Positions 32,268 through 42,602 are shown, counted from the first letter of the stretch. The stretch is DNA of 64,000 nt from an uncultured Pseudomonadota bacterium (GCA_963847705.1 CAWKBC010000017.1:32001-96000), one strand, 5' to 3'. Notes: generated from the sequence alone by a model not told the origin. Program-made: numbers and translations.

Positions 32268-33137
32268 GTGTCGGACAAGCTCTCGCGCGCGGAGGTCGAC
32301 TTCGTTCTGCGCCGGGCGGCCGAGATTGAAACCCAGTCTCCGACGTCGCCCGATCGGACCAGCGCCGAGTCGCTGAGCGTCGGCGAGCTGGTGCGCCTCG
32401 GCGAAGAGGCAGGTCTGCGGCGCCCGGCGGTCGAGCAGGCGCTGGCGGAGATGCGGCGAGGGACTCCGATCGAACCGGAGGAGCAGGGGGCGCTCACCCG
32501 CGCGCTCGGCGCGAGCCGGGTGATCGTCAGCCGGGTCGTGGAGGCGCCGATCGAGACGGTGCGGCGGGCCGTCGACCGATTCTTGCGCGAGCAGCTGATG
32601 ACCGTGCGCCGCCACCATGGCGATCGCGTCGAGTGGGAGCGCGCGCAGGGGCTCTGGCCCGGGCTGGTTCGCTCCCTCGACTTCTCCAGGCGCTACGCCT
32701 TTGCGCTGGTCACGCGGGTGGAGACAATTCTCACGCAGGAGGGGGACGACGGCCGCGAGACCGCGGTCACGTTCAACATCGATCTCTCCGACATGCGCCG
32801 CGAGCGGTTCGGACAGATGGGGATGCGCGCGGCGATGGCCTTCCTGCTGTTCGGCGTGGGCGGCGCCCTGATGGCGCCCGGCTCGGCGGTTTACGACATC
32901 GTCGCGCTGGCGGGCGGCGGCGTGGCGGCCGGCGGCATCTTCGCGCTCGAGCGCCGCCGCTACCTGGAGAGCCGCAGCCGCGTATCGCTGGCGCCCGAGC
33001 GCTTCCTGGATTTCCTCACCCAGCGCCACCGCCGCGTGGCCCTGCCGTCCACCTCACCGTCGTCCCCGGAGCCGTCGCAGCGTTCGGACTCCTCGTCCTC
33101 CCCTGGCTTCGCGACCTCTTCCGACGACGACGAGTAG
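32268..33137 (+). CDS. Hypothetical membrane protein
   Basis: TATAAT at 32254-32259; helical N-terminus, two C-terminal TM helices, Ser/Asp-rich tail. Confidence 0.75.
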   Translation: MSDKLSRAEVDFVLRRAAEIETQSPTSPDRTSAESLSVGELVRLGEEAGLRRPAVEQALAEMRRGTPIEPEEQGALTRALGASRVIVSRVVEAPIETVRRAVDRFLREQLMTVRRHHGDRVEWERAQGLWPGLVRSLDFSRRYAFALVTRVETILTQEGDDGRETAVTFNIDLSDMRRERFGQMGMRAAMAFLLFGVGGALMAPGSAVYDIVALAGGGVAAGGIFALERRRYLESRSRVSLAPERFLDFLTQRHRRVALPSTSPSSPEPSQRSDSSSSPGFATSSDDDE

Positions 33138-33187
33138 GACGGCGTCCGCCCTGAACGACGGCGAACGACGCGCGGCCCGAGGCCCCG

Positions 33188-34699
33188 CTAAAACGACGGT
33201 GTCGCGAGACCGTCTTCGTCGACGGGGCTCTTGTGCTTGCCGCCGCTGCCGCCGTGGTGGGCCGACGCGTGGTGCTTGCTGGCTTCGCTGGCCGTGGGCG
33301 CCGGCGCGGCGAGTTTTTCGAGGGAGACGTGCAGGGTCCGGTCGGCGTTCGGCTTCGCGCTGAGCGCGACCTCCCGGTAGCCCGCCAGCCGGAAGAGGTA
33401 GGCGGAAGGCTCGGCTCCTTTGGGGACCTGCAGCTCGACGGGGCTCTCCCCCAGGTCTTTCCCTTCCTTCTTGTCGAAGACGTGGGCACCAGAAGGCTCG
33501 GCCTCGAAGCGCAGCGTGACCGTCTTGGCCACGGGAGGCGCGACCGGCGGAGGCGGCGGCGCCACCGGCAGAGGCGCCGGCGCCGGGAGCGCAGCCTGCG
33601 GGAGGCTGGCCGGCTTGTCGTGGCTCCTCGGCACCGCCAGCAGCGCGACCCCCCCGATGGCGGCGACCACGCCGAGCGCGGCCATCAACTTCCAGTTGCG
33701 GCCGCTCGCCGGCGTGAGGGGGTCGTCGATCTCCGAGGAGGCCGACGACAACGTGGTCGAGGTCTTGGGCGAAAGCGTCTGTGTGGGCGAGATCGCAGAG
33801 GCGCGGACGGCCGTCGCGCGCATGGGCGCGGCGGTCAGTTTGATCTCGCCGACCAGCGCCTTGCGGAATTCGTCCATGCTCTGGAACCGATCGCGCGGCT
33901 CCTTCTGCAGCGACTTCATGACCGCCGCGGCCATGTGGGGCGGGGTGTTGGGCGCGAAATCGGTGAGCTGAGGCGCCTCTTCCAGCATGTGCTTGGCGAA
34001 CAGCTCGCCGACGCCTTCAGCCACGAACGGCGGCCGGCCGGCCAGCATCTCGAACAGCATCACGCCGAGCGAGTAGATGTCCGTGCGGTGATCGAGCGTG
34101 CCGGCCCCCTTGCACTGCTCGGGTGACATGTAGAGCGGCGTCCCCATGAGAGACCCGGTGCGCGTCTTCACCGACTGCGCGCCATCCGGCGAGGCCAGGA
34201 TCTTGGCCACGCCGAAGTCGAGGATCTTCACCAGCGGCCCCGCGCCATCGGGCCGGGGGACCATCTGGACGTTGTGGGGCTTGAGATCGCGGTGGACGAT
34301 CCCCTTGGCGTGCGCCGCCCAGAGCGCCTTGCACATCTGCGTGCCGATCGCCTCGACCTCTTCGGGCGTCATCGGTCCCCGGGCGACGGCGTCGCTCAGC
34401 GCCTCGCCCTCCAGGAATTCCATGATGAAGTAGGGCTGGCCGTCGGTGGTCTGGCCGAAATCGAGGATCTCCACGATGTTCGCGTGCGCGATCATGTGGA
34501 TGGCGCGCGCCTCGTTGAAGAACCGCGACACGATGTCCTGATCGCGCGCCAGCGCCACGTGCAGCAGCTTGATGGCCACCTTGCGCCCGATGACCGGGTG
34601 CTGGGCCAGGTAGACGACGCCCATGCCGCCCTCGCCGAGCAATCGGCTGACCCGGTAGTTACCGATGGTCTGGTTAATCAGGCTCCCTGTCGCGCTCAC
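33188..34699 (-). CDS. Hanks-type Ser/Thr protein kinase with TM helix and PEGA-like external domain
   Basis: LGEGGMG, VAIK, HRDLKPHN, DFG, GTPLYMSPE. Confidence 0.95.
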   Translation of the reverse strand: MSATGSLINQTIGNYRVSRLLGEGGMGVVYLAQHPVIGRKVAIKLLHVALARDQDIVSRFFNEARAIHMIAHANIVEILDFGQTTDGQPYFIMEFLEGEALSDAVARGPMTPEEVEAIGTQMCKALWAAHAKGIVHRDLKPHNVQMVPRPDGAGPLVKILDFGVAKILASPDGAQSVKTRTGSLMGTPLYMSPEQCKGAGTLDHRTDIYSLGVMLFEMLAGRPPFVAEGVGELFAKHMLEEAPQLTDFAPNTPPHMAAAVMKSLQKEPRDRFQSMDEFRKALVGEIKLTAAPMRATAVRASAISPTQTLSPKTSTTLSSASSEIDDPLTPASGRNWKLMAALGVVAAIGGVALLAVPRSHDKPASLPQAALPAPAPLPVAPPPPPVAPPVAKTVTLRFEAEPSGAHVFDKKEGKDLGESPVELQVPKGAEPSAYLFRLAGYREVALSAKPNADRTLHVSLEKLAAPAPTASEASKHHASAHHGGSGGKHKSPVDEDGLATPSF

Positions 34700-34761
34700 A
34701 CTCTGGTTCCCCTCAACAAGCTAGACGCACCAAGGCGGCCCCAATTGTAAAACGAACGGGG

Positions 34762-35988
34762 CTAAAAATCGAACTCGGCGGCGATCCCCTGGGCGGTCGC
34801 GGTCGCGGTGGGGAAGATTCGAAGCCCGTGATTTGACGCACTCTGGCTGCCGCCCTGGCTTCCATCAGCCGCCAGGTAGCCCTTGTAAAGGAGGTATCCA
34901 CCGGCCGCCGCGAAGAACCCTCCGACCCCCACGAAGACCCACTGCAGGGCCTCGTCCTTGTTCCCTTGATCGGTCAGGTTGCTGACGGAGCTCTTCTGGG
35001 CTGCGGTGAGCGGTTGCGAGGGGTTCCCCTGGTTGTCGCAGACACCCGTGCTGCAGGTGAAGCGGCGGTACTGGTCGAGCTGGTTGTTGACGTCCCGCAC
35101 GTTCAGGCCGTACTTCACCGCCAGCCCCGCCGAGGCCGCCGTTCCGACCACCGCCACCCAGAACCCGGCGCGGGCCGCCTGATGGCCGTTGCCAGCGCCC
35201 CCGTCGCCTTCGCTGGACGGTCCGCCCTCCAGCTGTGCTCCCGGCACCTCGGCTTGGCCTTGCGGCTTGGGGACCTCGACCGAGACCGGGCTCAGATCCA
35301 GCGTCAGGGGCAAGCTCTGGCCAGCCGCCAGCGTGAACTCCTGCTTGGTGGTCGTGTAGCCACTCTTCTCGACGGAGACCTCGTGTCTTCCCGGCGAGAC
35401 GTCGGAGACGACGACCGGGGCCGTCCCGGTGATGCCGACGCGGGTGCCATCCAGGCTGACCGCGGCGCCCACGAAGTTGGCGCGCACCGTGATCGTCCCG
35501 TTCCCTTTCCCGCTCAGCTTGGCCAGCCAGATCGGCGCCAGCTGCCGCAGCGCGGTCGCGTTGGCGCGCCCGCCGGGGACGGTGTCGGTCGTGAAGCTCT
35601 CGACGACCGCGCGGCTGACGTCCAGCAACTTGAGCGTGACCATGAAGTCGCTGCCGGTCTTCTTGACGTTGCCGAATATCAGCTTGGCCGCCCCCAGGCT
35701 CTTGCCGGCCTGGGAGAGGCAGGCGGGGGCCTCGTCCGAGCAGGCGAAGATCAGCTTCACCTCGACCAGGTCCTTGCCCTGGAGCAGCTGATATTCCTTG
35801 GTGGCGGCCACCCGCTGGCGCAGTGCATCGGTGATGTCGGCCGCCAGCGTGTCAGGCACGCCTTCGAGGGGCTCGAACCCCAGGACTGCCGTGGGGGAGG
35901 CACCTTCGGCCGCGGCCGCGCGGGAGGCTGGCCAAGCCCACGATGAGGCCAGCAGAACAAAGACAGTGCCCAGGCCCCGTGAGCTCAT
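34762..35988 (-). CDS. PEGA domain-containing exported protein
   Basis: Signal peptide; GAAVSLDG...VSPGRHEVSVEKSGY PEGA motif; typical partner of the downstream kinase. Confidence 0.85.
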   Translation of the reverse strand: MSSRGLGTVFVLLASSWAWPASRAAAAEGASPTAVLGFEPLEGVPDTLAADITDALRQRVAATKEYQLLQGKDLVEVKLIFACSDEAPACLSQAGKSLGAAKLIFGNVKKTGSDFMVTLKLLDVSRAVVESFTTDTVPGGRANATALRQLAPIWLAKLSGKGNGTITVRANFVGAAVSLDGTRVGITGTAPVVVSDVSPGRHEVSVEKSGYTTTKQEFTLAAGQSLPLTLDLSPVSVEVPKPQGQAEVPGAQLEGGPSSEGDGGAGNGHQAARAGFWVAVVGTAASAGLAVKYGLNVRDVNNQLDQYRRFTCSTGVCDNQGNPSQPLTAAQKSSVSNLTDQGNKDEALQWVFVGVGGFFAAAGGYLLYKGYLAADGSQGGSQSASNHGLRIFPTATATAQGIAAEFDF

Positions 35989-36114
35989 GCGGGCGCCATT
36001 TTTTCCGCATGCTTACGCGCTGTCAATTGCCGACCGCCACATTTCGGCGCGACCCGGCGGTGATCGCCCTCGCCGAATTTCAGCCGGGGCTGGGGCGTGC
36101 TAGCGTGAATTGGC

Positions 36115-37755
36115 ATGCGGCTGGGCGTTTTCGGCAAGATCGGTCTCGCCTTCGGCGTCCTGCTGCTGGCGTTCGCCGGCTACGCCACCTTCACGCTGCT
36201 CTCGGTGCACCGGGCGCGTCAGGGGGTCGTGGCCAACGAGGCCTACCTGGAGCTGCAAGGGGCGGTCGACGCCGCCTGGAAGTCGGTCAACGACTTCGCC
36301 CCCTCGCTCGGGCGGGCGGGCGACCGGCTCGACCCCAACCTCCCGCTGGCGCTCCGGACCGCCCGCAAGCACATCGACGATGCCGTGGGGGCGATCGATC
36401 GCTACCTGGAGAAGGCCCCCAGCTCCACCCTTCGCGCGGACTTCGATCTGCGCCGGCGCCAGATCGCGGCTCTCGGGCGGCAGCTCGATGCCCTGGCCGT
36501 CGAGCTGGGCGGGGCCGAGGCGTCGGTCGAGCCGCGCGCCCGCTCGGACTTCGAGAGCCACTTCGCGACGCTGGTTCACGGCCTCAACCGGATGCGCCAG
36601 CCGCTGCGCGGTGCCAGCGGGCAGATCGCCCAGCGGCTCTCCGACGACGAGGAGACGGCGCTCTCGGTGGCGATCATGCTGGGGGCGGCCGGGCTGGCGG
36701 TGGCGCTGGCGGTCTTCCTCTTCACGCTCCGGACGCTGCGCCCGCTCGGCGTGTTGCGGCGGCGGGCCCGGCAGGTGGCGGAGGGGGAGTACACCCAGCG
36801 GACCGGCGTGACCTCGCACGACGAGATCGGGGATCTGGCGCGCGAGTTCGACGCCATGGCCGACGCCATTCAAGAGCGCGAGCATCGGTTGATCCGCTCG
36901 GAGCGGCTGGCGACGGTGGGGCGGATGGCGGCGCAGATCGCGCACGAGGTGCGCAACCCGCTGTCGTCGATCGGCCTCAACGCGGAGCTCCTCGGCGACG
37001 AGCTGTCGGCGGACGCCCAGGAGGCGCGCCGGATGGTCGCCTCGATCATCGGCGAGGTGGATCGGCTGACGGAGATCACCGAGACCTATCTGCGGTTCAC
37101 CCGCCTGCCGCGCCCGAAGTTGGAGCGCGAGGATCTGGGGGCCCTGGTCGCCTCGGTCGTGGCGATGGGGCGGGGGGAGATCGTGCAGGAGGGGATCACG
37201 CTCGACGTCGACATCGCGCCGGAGCTGCCGGAGCTGCCCGCCGACGAGGCGCAGCTGCGGCAGGCGCTCATCAACCTGGTGCGCAACGCGCGCGAGGCGC
37301 TGACCTCGGCGCCGACCAAACGGCTCGGGATCTTCGTGGCCAACGACCGTCCGTCGGGGTGCCTCCTGGTCCGGATCTCCGATTCGGGCGCCGGGATCGA
37401 TCAGCATGACCTGGGCAAGATCTTCGATCCGTTCTTCTCGACCAAGGCGCAGGGGACGGGGCTGGGGCTGGCGCTGGTGCAGCAGATCGTCGTCGACCAT
37501 GGCGGTCGGATCGACGTCGACAGCGTGCCGGGACGGGGGACCACCTTCACGCTGGCGTTCCCGGTTCCGGGGGCGTCGTCAGCGGCGGGCGGCGTCGCGG
37601 TGGGCGGCGGCGCGGCTCCGCTCCCCGAGGGTGTCGTAGAGGGAGGCCAGCGTCAGGTGCAGGGCGGCCGGATCGGCCGGCTGGAAGACGAGCGCGTGCT
37701 CGAAGGCCACGGCGGCGGCGGCGCTCTTGCCGGTCGCGGCCAGGGCGCGGCCTAG
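36115..37755 (+). CDS. Sensor histidine kinase (2 TM, HAMP, HisKA, HATPase)
   Basis: DEIGDLAREFDAM, AHEVRNPL, NLVRNA, DSGAGI, FDPFFSTK, GTGLGL. The last ~59 codons overlap the convergent gene. Confidence 0.92.
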   Translation: MRLGVFGKIGLAFGVLLLAFAGYATFTLLSVHRARQGVVANEAYLELQGAVDAAWKSVNDFAPSLGRAGDRLDPNLPLALRTARKHIDDAVGAIDRYLEKAPSSTLRADFDLRRRQIAALGRQLDALAVELGGAEASVEPRARSDFESHFATLVHGLNRMRQPLRGASGQIAQRLSDDEETALSVAIMLGAAGLAVALAVFLFTLRTLRPLGVLRRRARQVAEGEYTQRTGVTSHDEIGDLAREFDAMADAIQEREHRLIRSERLATVGRMAAQIAHEVRNPLSSIGLNAELLGDELSADAQEARRMVASIIGEVDRLTEITETYLRFTRLPRPKLEREDLGALVASVVAMGRGEIVQEGITLDVDIAPELPELPADEAQLRQALINLVRNAREALTSAPTKRLGIFVANDRPSGCLLVRISDSGAGIDQHDLGKIFDPFFSTKAQGTGLGLALVQQIVVDHGGRIDVDSVPGRGTTFTLAFPVPGASSAAGGVAVGGGAAPLPEGVVEGGQRQVQGGRIGRLEDERVLEGHGGGGALAGRGQGAA

Positions 37756-40239
37756 CGCCGCGTGCAGATCGGCGTCGGCCGGGTCGATGAAGATGGCGAT
37801 GGGCCCATACGCGACGACCCGGTCCGGATGCCCGGCCCTGGCCTCACCGAGGACGACCTCCTTGGCGACCGCGTCGTTCATGGGATCGAGCTCGAGCGCC
37901 CCTGCCAGCGCGGCCAGCCGATCGGGCTTGCGCTGCTGGTCGCCGTAGAGCTCGGCCAGGAGGGCGCGAGGTTCGACCCGGGTCGGGACGAAGTCGACCG
38001 CGTGCCGCAGGTGCGCCTCCGCGGCGAGCAGATCCTTGCGGTGGATCTCGGCCAGACCCAACCGGACCTGGACGTCGTAGCCGTCCCGCGGTGTGGGTCC
38101 GAGGCTGAGGAGCCCCTGGAGCGCGGCGATGGCCGCGTCGGCGTCGCGGCGGGCCAGCGCGACCTCGGCGGCCAGAAACAGCGTGTCGGCCTGACCGTCG
38201 ACCGACGGGCGGGGGAGGGCGCGGGCGCGCCCCAGCGCCCGGCGGGCCGCATCGAGATCGCCCGCCGCCAGCGCGGCCATCCCGCGCACGGCCTCGTCGT
38301 GGGCGCCGCCCTGCGCCGCGGTGGCCGGCGTCCCGCGCAGCGACTCGGTCGGAAGGTACTGCGCGTCGTAGCGCGCCAGCTTCTGCGCCAGGTCGGCGCG
38401 GAAGGCGGCGTCGAGGGCCGAGGCCGGCATCCCGGTCACCTCCTCCAGCACCACCGCCCCGCGCTCGCCGCGCCCGTAGGCGACGAGCGCCTTCCGGATG
38501 GCCGCGAAGCCGAACCGCCGCTCGAGAAAATCGACCGCCAGGGCCGCCTGCGCGTAGGCGCGCGTGGCTTCGTCGCCGTTGCGGGCGTTGACGAAGGCGT
38601 TCGACAGATCGGCCAGCGGCGGCAGATCGCCCCGCTTCAGCGCGCCGTAGAGCGGGACGTCGTCGTGCCGGGTCCACTCGGGCCGCAGGCGCGCCGTCTC
38701 GACCTCCGAGAGCCCTTCGGTGAACCAGCGCGGCACCCGCTGGTGCGACAGCTCGATGGCGAACACGTGCGCCAGCTCGTGGGTCAACACCATTCCCCAG
38801 TTGAAGGCATGGTTGGTCGGCGCCTGCGAGGTGATGATCCGCCCGAAGCAGACGCCGGAGACGCCGATGGCCGGCAGGCCCACCGTGCGCACGGCAAAGT
38901 GGCGCGGATCGCCGTAGAGCTCGAAGGTGATCGGCCCCTTCGGCTCGAAGCCGTAGCGGGCCACGTCGGCGCGGTAGCGCTCCTCGAGGAAGGGCGCCAC
39001 CACCTCGGTGATGGCGGTGCGCGCCGCCGGCTCGACCCGGAAGTGGAGGTGCGCGCTCTGCACCGTCACGTAACGGGCGGGGATCACCTTCTCGTAGAGG
39101 TCGAGCAGGTTGTAGGTCCGCAGGTTGTAGGGATCGCGCTTCCAGGCCCGCTGGAGGGTTTCGAGCCCGGCGCTCTCGTCCCCGAGCCGCAGCAAGGTCG
39201 TGGCCAGGACCGAGAGGCAGCCGGCGTCGTCGGGATCGGCGCTGACCCCCTCTGCGGCCACCAGGCGCGCCTCCTCGTAACGCCGCTGGCGCGACAGCGC
39301 GTCCGCCACGAAGGCGAAGAATCCGCCGTCGTGCGGATGCACCGCCAGATCGATCTCGCGGGCGCGCGCGAAGGCCTCCCGATCGTCGAGCAGGAGGGCC
39401 GCGGCCGCCTCGATCCGGGCGGCCCCGGGATCGCGCGGGTTGCTGCGACGGATGGCCTCGACGTCGGCGCGCGCCGCCGCGAAGTCCTCGGCGTCGAGCG
39501 CCAGCTCGGCGCGCAGCGCCAGCCCGCCGGCATGCGCCGGGTTCACCGCCAGCGCCCGCGCGAGCTGGTCGCGCGCCGCCGGCGCGTCGTAGCGATCGTC
39601 GAGCGCGGCCCGCGCCAGCCCGACATGCGCGTCGGGATTGTCGGGATCGACCTTGAGCACCTCGCGGAACGAGGTCTCTGCGTCGGCGGCGTTGTGCTTC
39701 TCGAGCAGCAGCGTCCCCCAGTCGAGGTTGGCACCCACCTCCTTGCGGTCGACGCGGACGGCGTCGCGCAGGACGTCGTTGGCGTCCTTCCAATTTTCGT
39801 CGAGGCGGACGGCGGTGGCGATCGCCCTCAGATCGGCCGGCCTGGTCCGATCGACCTGCCCGCCATTCCAGTCGAGGTAGCTGGCGTCGACGAGCGGCTT
39901 CCAGCCGGCGCGATCGCCGGTCGCTTCGTAGAGGCGCATGAGCGCGTCGCGCAGTGGAAGATCGCCCGGGTGGGCGGCGGCGGCGGTCTCCAGCCGCCGG
40001 CGTGCCTGGGGATAGAGTCCGGTCGCCGATTCGGCGCGCGCACACCGCACCGTCTCGACGAGATCGCCGGGCGCGCGCGCCAGGTGCAGCTGACAGAGGC
40101 GGAGCGCGTCCTGGTAGCGGCCGGCGCGCAGGGCAGCTTCGGTGCCGGCCAGTTCCGGGATCGCGGGGCGTCGCGCCCCGGCCGCGGGGGCCGGCCCGAA
40201 CGCGAGCCCCAGCGCGAGCGCGCATGCCGCCGCCTTCAT
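37579..40239 (-). CDS. Exported TPR protein with gluzincin (peptidase MA-like) domain
   Basis: Signal peptide, many TPR-like repeats, THELAH...VPRWFTEGL...AY. Confidence 0.85.
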   Translation of the reverse strand: MKAAACALALGLAFGPAPAAGARRPAIPELAGTEAALRAGRYQDALRLCQLHLARAPGDLVETVRCARAESATGLYPQARRRLETAAAAHPGDLPLRDALMRLYEATGDRAGWKPLVDASYLDWNGGQVDRTRPADLRAIATAVRLDENWKDANDVLRDAVRVDRKEVGANLDWGTLLLEKHNAADAETSFREVLKVDPDNPDAHVGLARAALDDRYDAPAARDQLARALAVNPAHAGGLALRAELALDAEDFAAARADVEAIRRSNPRDPGAARIEAAAALLLDDREAFARAREIDLAVHPHDGGFFAFVADALSRQRRYEEARLVAAEGVSADPDDAGCLSVLATTLLRLGDESAGLETLQRAWKRDPYNLRTYNLLDLYEKVIPARYVTVQSAHLHFRVEPAARTAITEVVAPFLEERYRADVARYGFEPKGPITFELYGDPRHFAVRTVGLPAIGVSGVCFGRIITSQAPTNHAFNWGMVLTHELAHVFAIELSHQRVPRWFTEGLSEVETARLRPEWTRHDDVPLYGALKRGDLPPLADLSNAFVNARNGDEATRAYAQAALAVDFLERRFGFAAIRKALVAYGRGERGAVVLEEVTGMPASALDAAFRADLAQKLARYDAQYLPTESLRGTPATAAQGGAHDEAVRGMAALAAGDLDAARRALGRARALPRPSVDGQADTLFLAAEVALARRDADAAIAALQGLLSLGPTPRDGYDVQVRLGLAEIHRKDLLAAEAHLRHAVDFVPTRVEPRALLAELYGDQQRKPDRLAALAGALELDPMNDAVAKEVVLGEARAGHPDRVVAYGPIAIFIDPADADLHAALGRALAATGKSAAAAVAFEHALVFQPADPAALHLTLASLYDTLGERSRAAAHRDAARR

Positions 40240-40300
40240 CTGGCGTAGTCTCCCCCACGAGCATGGTACGATCCACAGACACCCACCGACGGAGGCGCCA

Positions 40301-40822
40301 ATGGCGACCGAGGCTGAAGGCAAGACCAAGCAGGTGGACCTCGGCCCCGAGGTCTTCGACGACTACGACGCGTTTCTCAAGCAGGTCATCAAGGACTACT
40401 ACGACCGCGGCTGGAAGAGCCGCCGGGGGACCTTCATCGCGCTGGTGATCGCCTCCGGACAGGCGACGTCGATGGCGGCCGATTCGATCCGCGACGGCAG
40501 CGGTCTCAAGAAGGCCGCGCTGGGGGCCGCCGGCGTGGTCGCGCTGCGGCTCGGCTTGCGCTACGCGCTCTCCGGTCCGCTGGGCGTGATTCTGACCGGC
40601 GCGGCGGCCATGTCGCTCGGCGGCTATCTCCTGAAGAACCGCAAGGAGATCACCGACAAGGTCGGGCTCTGCAAGACGCTCATCGCGGAGACGCGCACCA
40701 AGTTCGAGGAGACCCAGGGCGGCTACCGCGCCGGCCGCTACGACGGGGCCAGCCGCAACCTCATGGTCGACGGCCTGCTCAAGCGCTTCCTGGAAGAGCT
40801 CGACGCCCTCGGCGGAAGTTGA
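40301..40822 (+). CDS. Hypothetical protein with Gly/Ala-rich hydrophobic helices
   Basis: GGAGG RBS, TACGAT -10 box, strong GC3 codon bias. Confidence 0.8.
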   Translation: MATEAEGKTKQVDLGPEVFDDYDAFLKQVIKDYYDRGWKSRRGTFIALVIASGQATSMAADSIRDGSGLKKAALGAAGVVALRLGLRYALSGPLGVILTGAAAMSLGGYLLKNRKEITDKVGLCKTLIAETRTKFEETQGGYRAGRYDGASRNLMVDGLLKRFLEELDALGGS

Positions 40823-40838
40823 TCGACGCGATCTGCTC

Positions 40839-41642
40839 TTATCTGAGCATCAGCGACTTGAGGCCGCCGACTGAAAACCGGACCAGCAGGCTCGAGCGCA
40901 GGACGTTCTGGATCTTGCCGCGGCCGTACTCGGGGTGGGAGATGATCTCCCCGGCCTTGTAACGCTCTCTCGGGTCGAAGAGGCGCACCTCGGTCGAGGC
41001 GGCGACCTCTTCGCCGAGCGCCCGCAGCTCGGCCGCCTTGCGCTTGGCCTCGGGATCGACGGGGCGTCCCCCGCGATCGTCCGTGTCGCCACCGGCGCCG
41101 GTCGCGCTCGCGCCGGTCGCCGTGCGGCGGGCAGCGACGGTTCGATGGGTATGGCGCGAGCCGCAGACCTGGCAGAGAACCTGCTTGGGCTCGTTGCCCA
41201 CCATCGCCACGATGCTGTGGGTGGTGAGCTCGCCGCACCGGCCGCACCAAGATTCGACGTCGGCGCCGACCCCCAGCGCCGCCTTGGGCGCGCCCCGCTC
41301 GTGCGTCCAGGAGACGCCGGTGATCCGGCGGCCCTCCGGAGCGCCGCCGCCGGCCGCCCGATCTGGCGTGCTCCCGGTAGAGGCCCCGGGGACCTTGGGG
41401 AGCAGGGACGCCAGCCGCTTGAGATCGACGACGCGTCGTCCGAGCGCGCGCTCCACGCTCAGCTGCTCTCCCGGCGAGAGAGAGGCGATGAGCGCGCGAT
41501 AGCGCTGCGACAGTCGCTCCACGCCGGCGTGCGCTGCGGCCACCAGATCGCGCTCGTCTTTGCGCTCCTCCGCCAGGTGGACCTGCAACGAGACGTCGGT
41601 GAGCTCGACCTTGAGTTGCTCCAGGGTGGGGGTGTCGTCCAC
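40839..41642 (-). CDS. Hypothetical protein with CxxC...CxxC zinc ribbon and C-terminal SH3/Tudor-like domain
   Basis: CGRC...CQVC; YKAGEIISHPEYGRGKI...VRF..GLKSL. GTG start inferred. Confidence 0.75.
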   Translation of the reverse strand: MDDTPTLEQLKVELTDVSLQVHLAEERKDERDLVAAAHAGVERLSQRYRALIASLSPGEQLSVERALGRRVVDLKRLASLLPKVPGASTGSTPDRAAGGGAPEGRRITGVSWTHERGAPKAALGVGADVESWCGRCGELTTHSIVAMVGNEPKQVLCQVCGSRHTHRTVAARRTATGASATGAGGDTDDRGGRPVDPEAKRKAAELRALGEEVAASTEVRLFDPRERYKAGEIISHPEYGRGKIQNVLRSSLLVRFSVGGLKSLMLR

Positions 41643-41819
41643 GGTCGGTCTATTTCTCACGCCCGGAGGCAGACTGCAATGGGGTCCTCCACAGGGTCCC
41701 GGGAACCCGTCGGTGGTCACCGGTGGACGGGGCCGGAGGGGGGGCCGGTGGGGGGGCCGGGGGAACCCCCTGCCGGGCCGCCTGATGCGAAACTCTCATC
41801 TCGTCGTTATAATAAGGCC

Positions 41820-42602
41820 ATGCCTTTGAATCTGTCGTCCGGGGTCGGGGCACTTTCCGAGAAGTTGGGGGCGCTGGGGTACGAGCGCGTCAGGCGGGCC
41901 GTCGCGGCCCTGTCGCTCAGCTTCTTCGCGATCGTCTTCCTTTTCATCGCCTTCAGCGTGCCGGCTCCGGGATGGCAGGCGCCGTTCGTGGCGCTGGCCG
42001 CCTGCTACCTGGTCGCCTTCTTCGCCGTGGTGGCCGAGTGGTTCTGGGGGCGCTGGTTCGCCACCGGCCTCGGTTGGTCCGGGATCATGGTGGCCATCAT
42101 CGCGATCTCGAACCTCGGGTGGGACCCCGGTCTCGCGATCTACGGCCTCTTGCACGCGGCCGTCGTCGTGCCGCTGGCCGGGAAGTCGATGGCCGCGCGC
42201 TATGACCTTCAGGAGGGTTGGCGCCAGCGGTACAAGATGGACGACTTCGGCGTCGCCCGGCTGCGCAAGACGATCACCCGCTCGGCCGCGTCGCTGCCGA
42301 GCGTGATCCTCTGGGCGCTGGCTCCCAAGGAGCCGGGGCAGGGGACGCTGCTGTCGCTGGTGGCGCTGGCGCTGGTGGTCACGGGCCTCGGCGGCCTCGT
42401 GCGGCTGCGGACCTGGGGATGGCTGGCGGTCGGCATGTCCGCCGTGGTCGCGCTGTTCGGCGGCGGTCTGCTGGCATCCGCCACCTTCCATTCTTTGGCG
42501 TTTCCCGATTTCGCGGGGCCGGACCTGGCGATCTGCTTCCTGGTGGCCGCCGCGGTCCCGTTCGTACTGCCCGCGCTCCGGTTCGTGCGAGCCCGGGCCT
42601 GA
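41820..42602 (+). CDS. Hypothetical polytopic membrane protein
   Basis: TATAAT 6 nt before the ATG; about seven hydrophobic segments. Confidence 0.8.
   Translation: MPLNLSSGVGALSEKLGALGYERVRRAVAALSLSFFAIVFLFIAFSVPAPGWQAPFVALAACYLVAFFAVVAEWFWGRWFATGLGWSGIMVAIIAISNLGWDPGLAIYGLLHAAVVVPLAGKSMAARYDLQEGWRQRYKMDDFGVARLRKTITRSAASLPSVILWALAPKEPGQGTLLSLVALALVVTGLGGLVRLRTWGWLAVGMSAVVALFGGGLLASATFHSLAFPDFAGPDLAICFLVAAAVPFVLPALRFVRARA

Noticed and set aside
33188-35988. PEGA protein + Ser/Thr kinase as a novel system
   Set aside because: A common, repeatedly duplicated module in myxobacteria.
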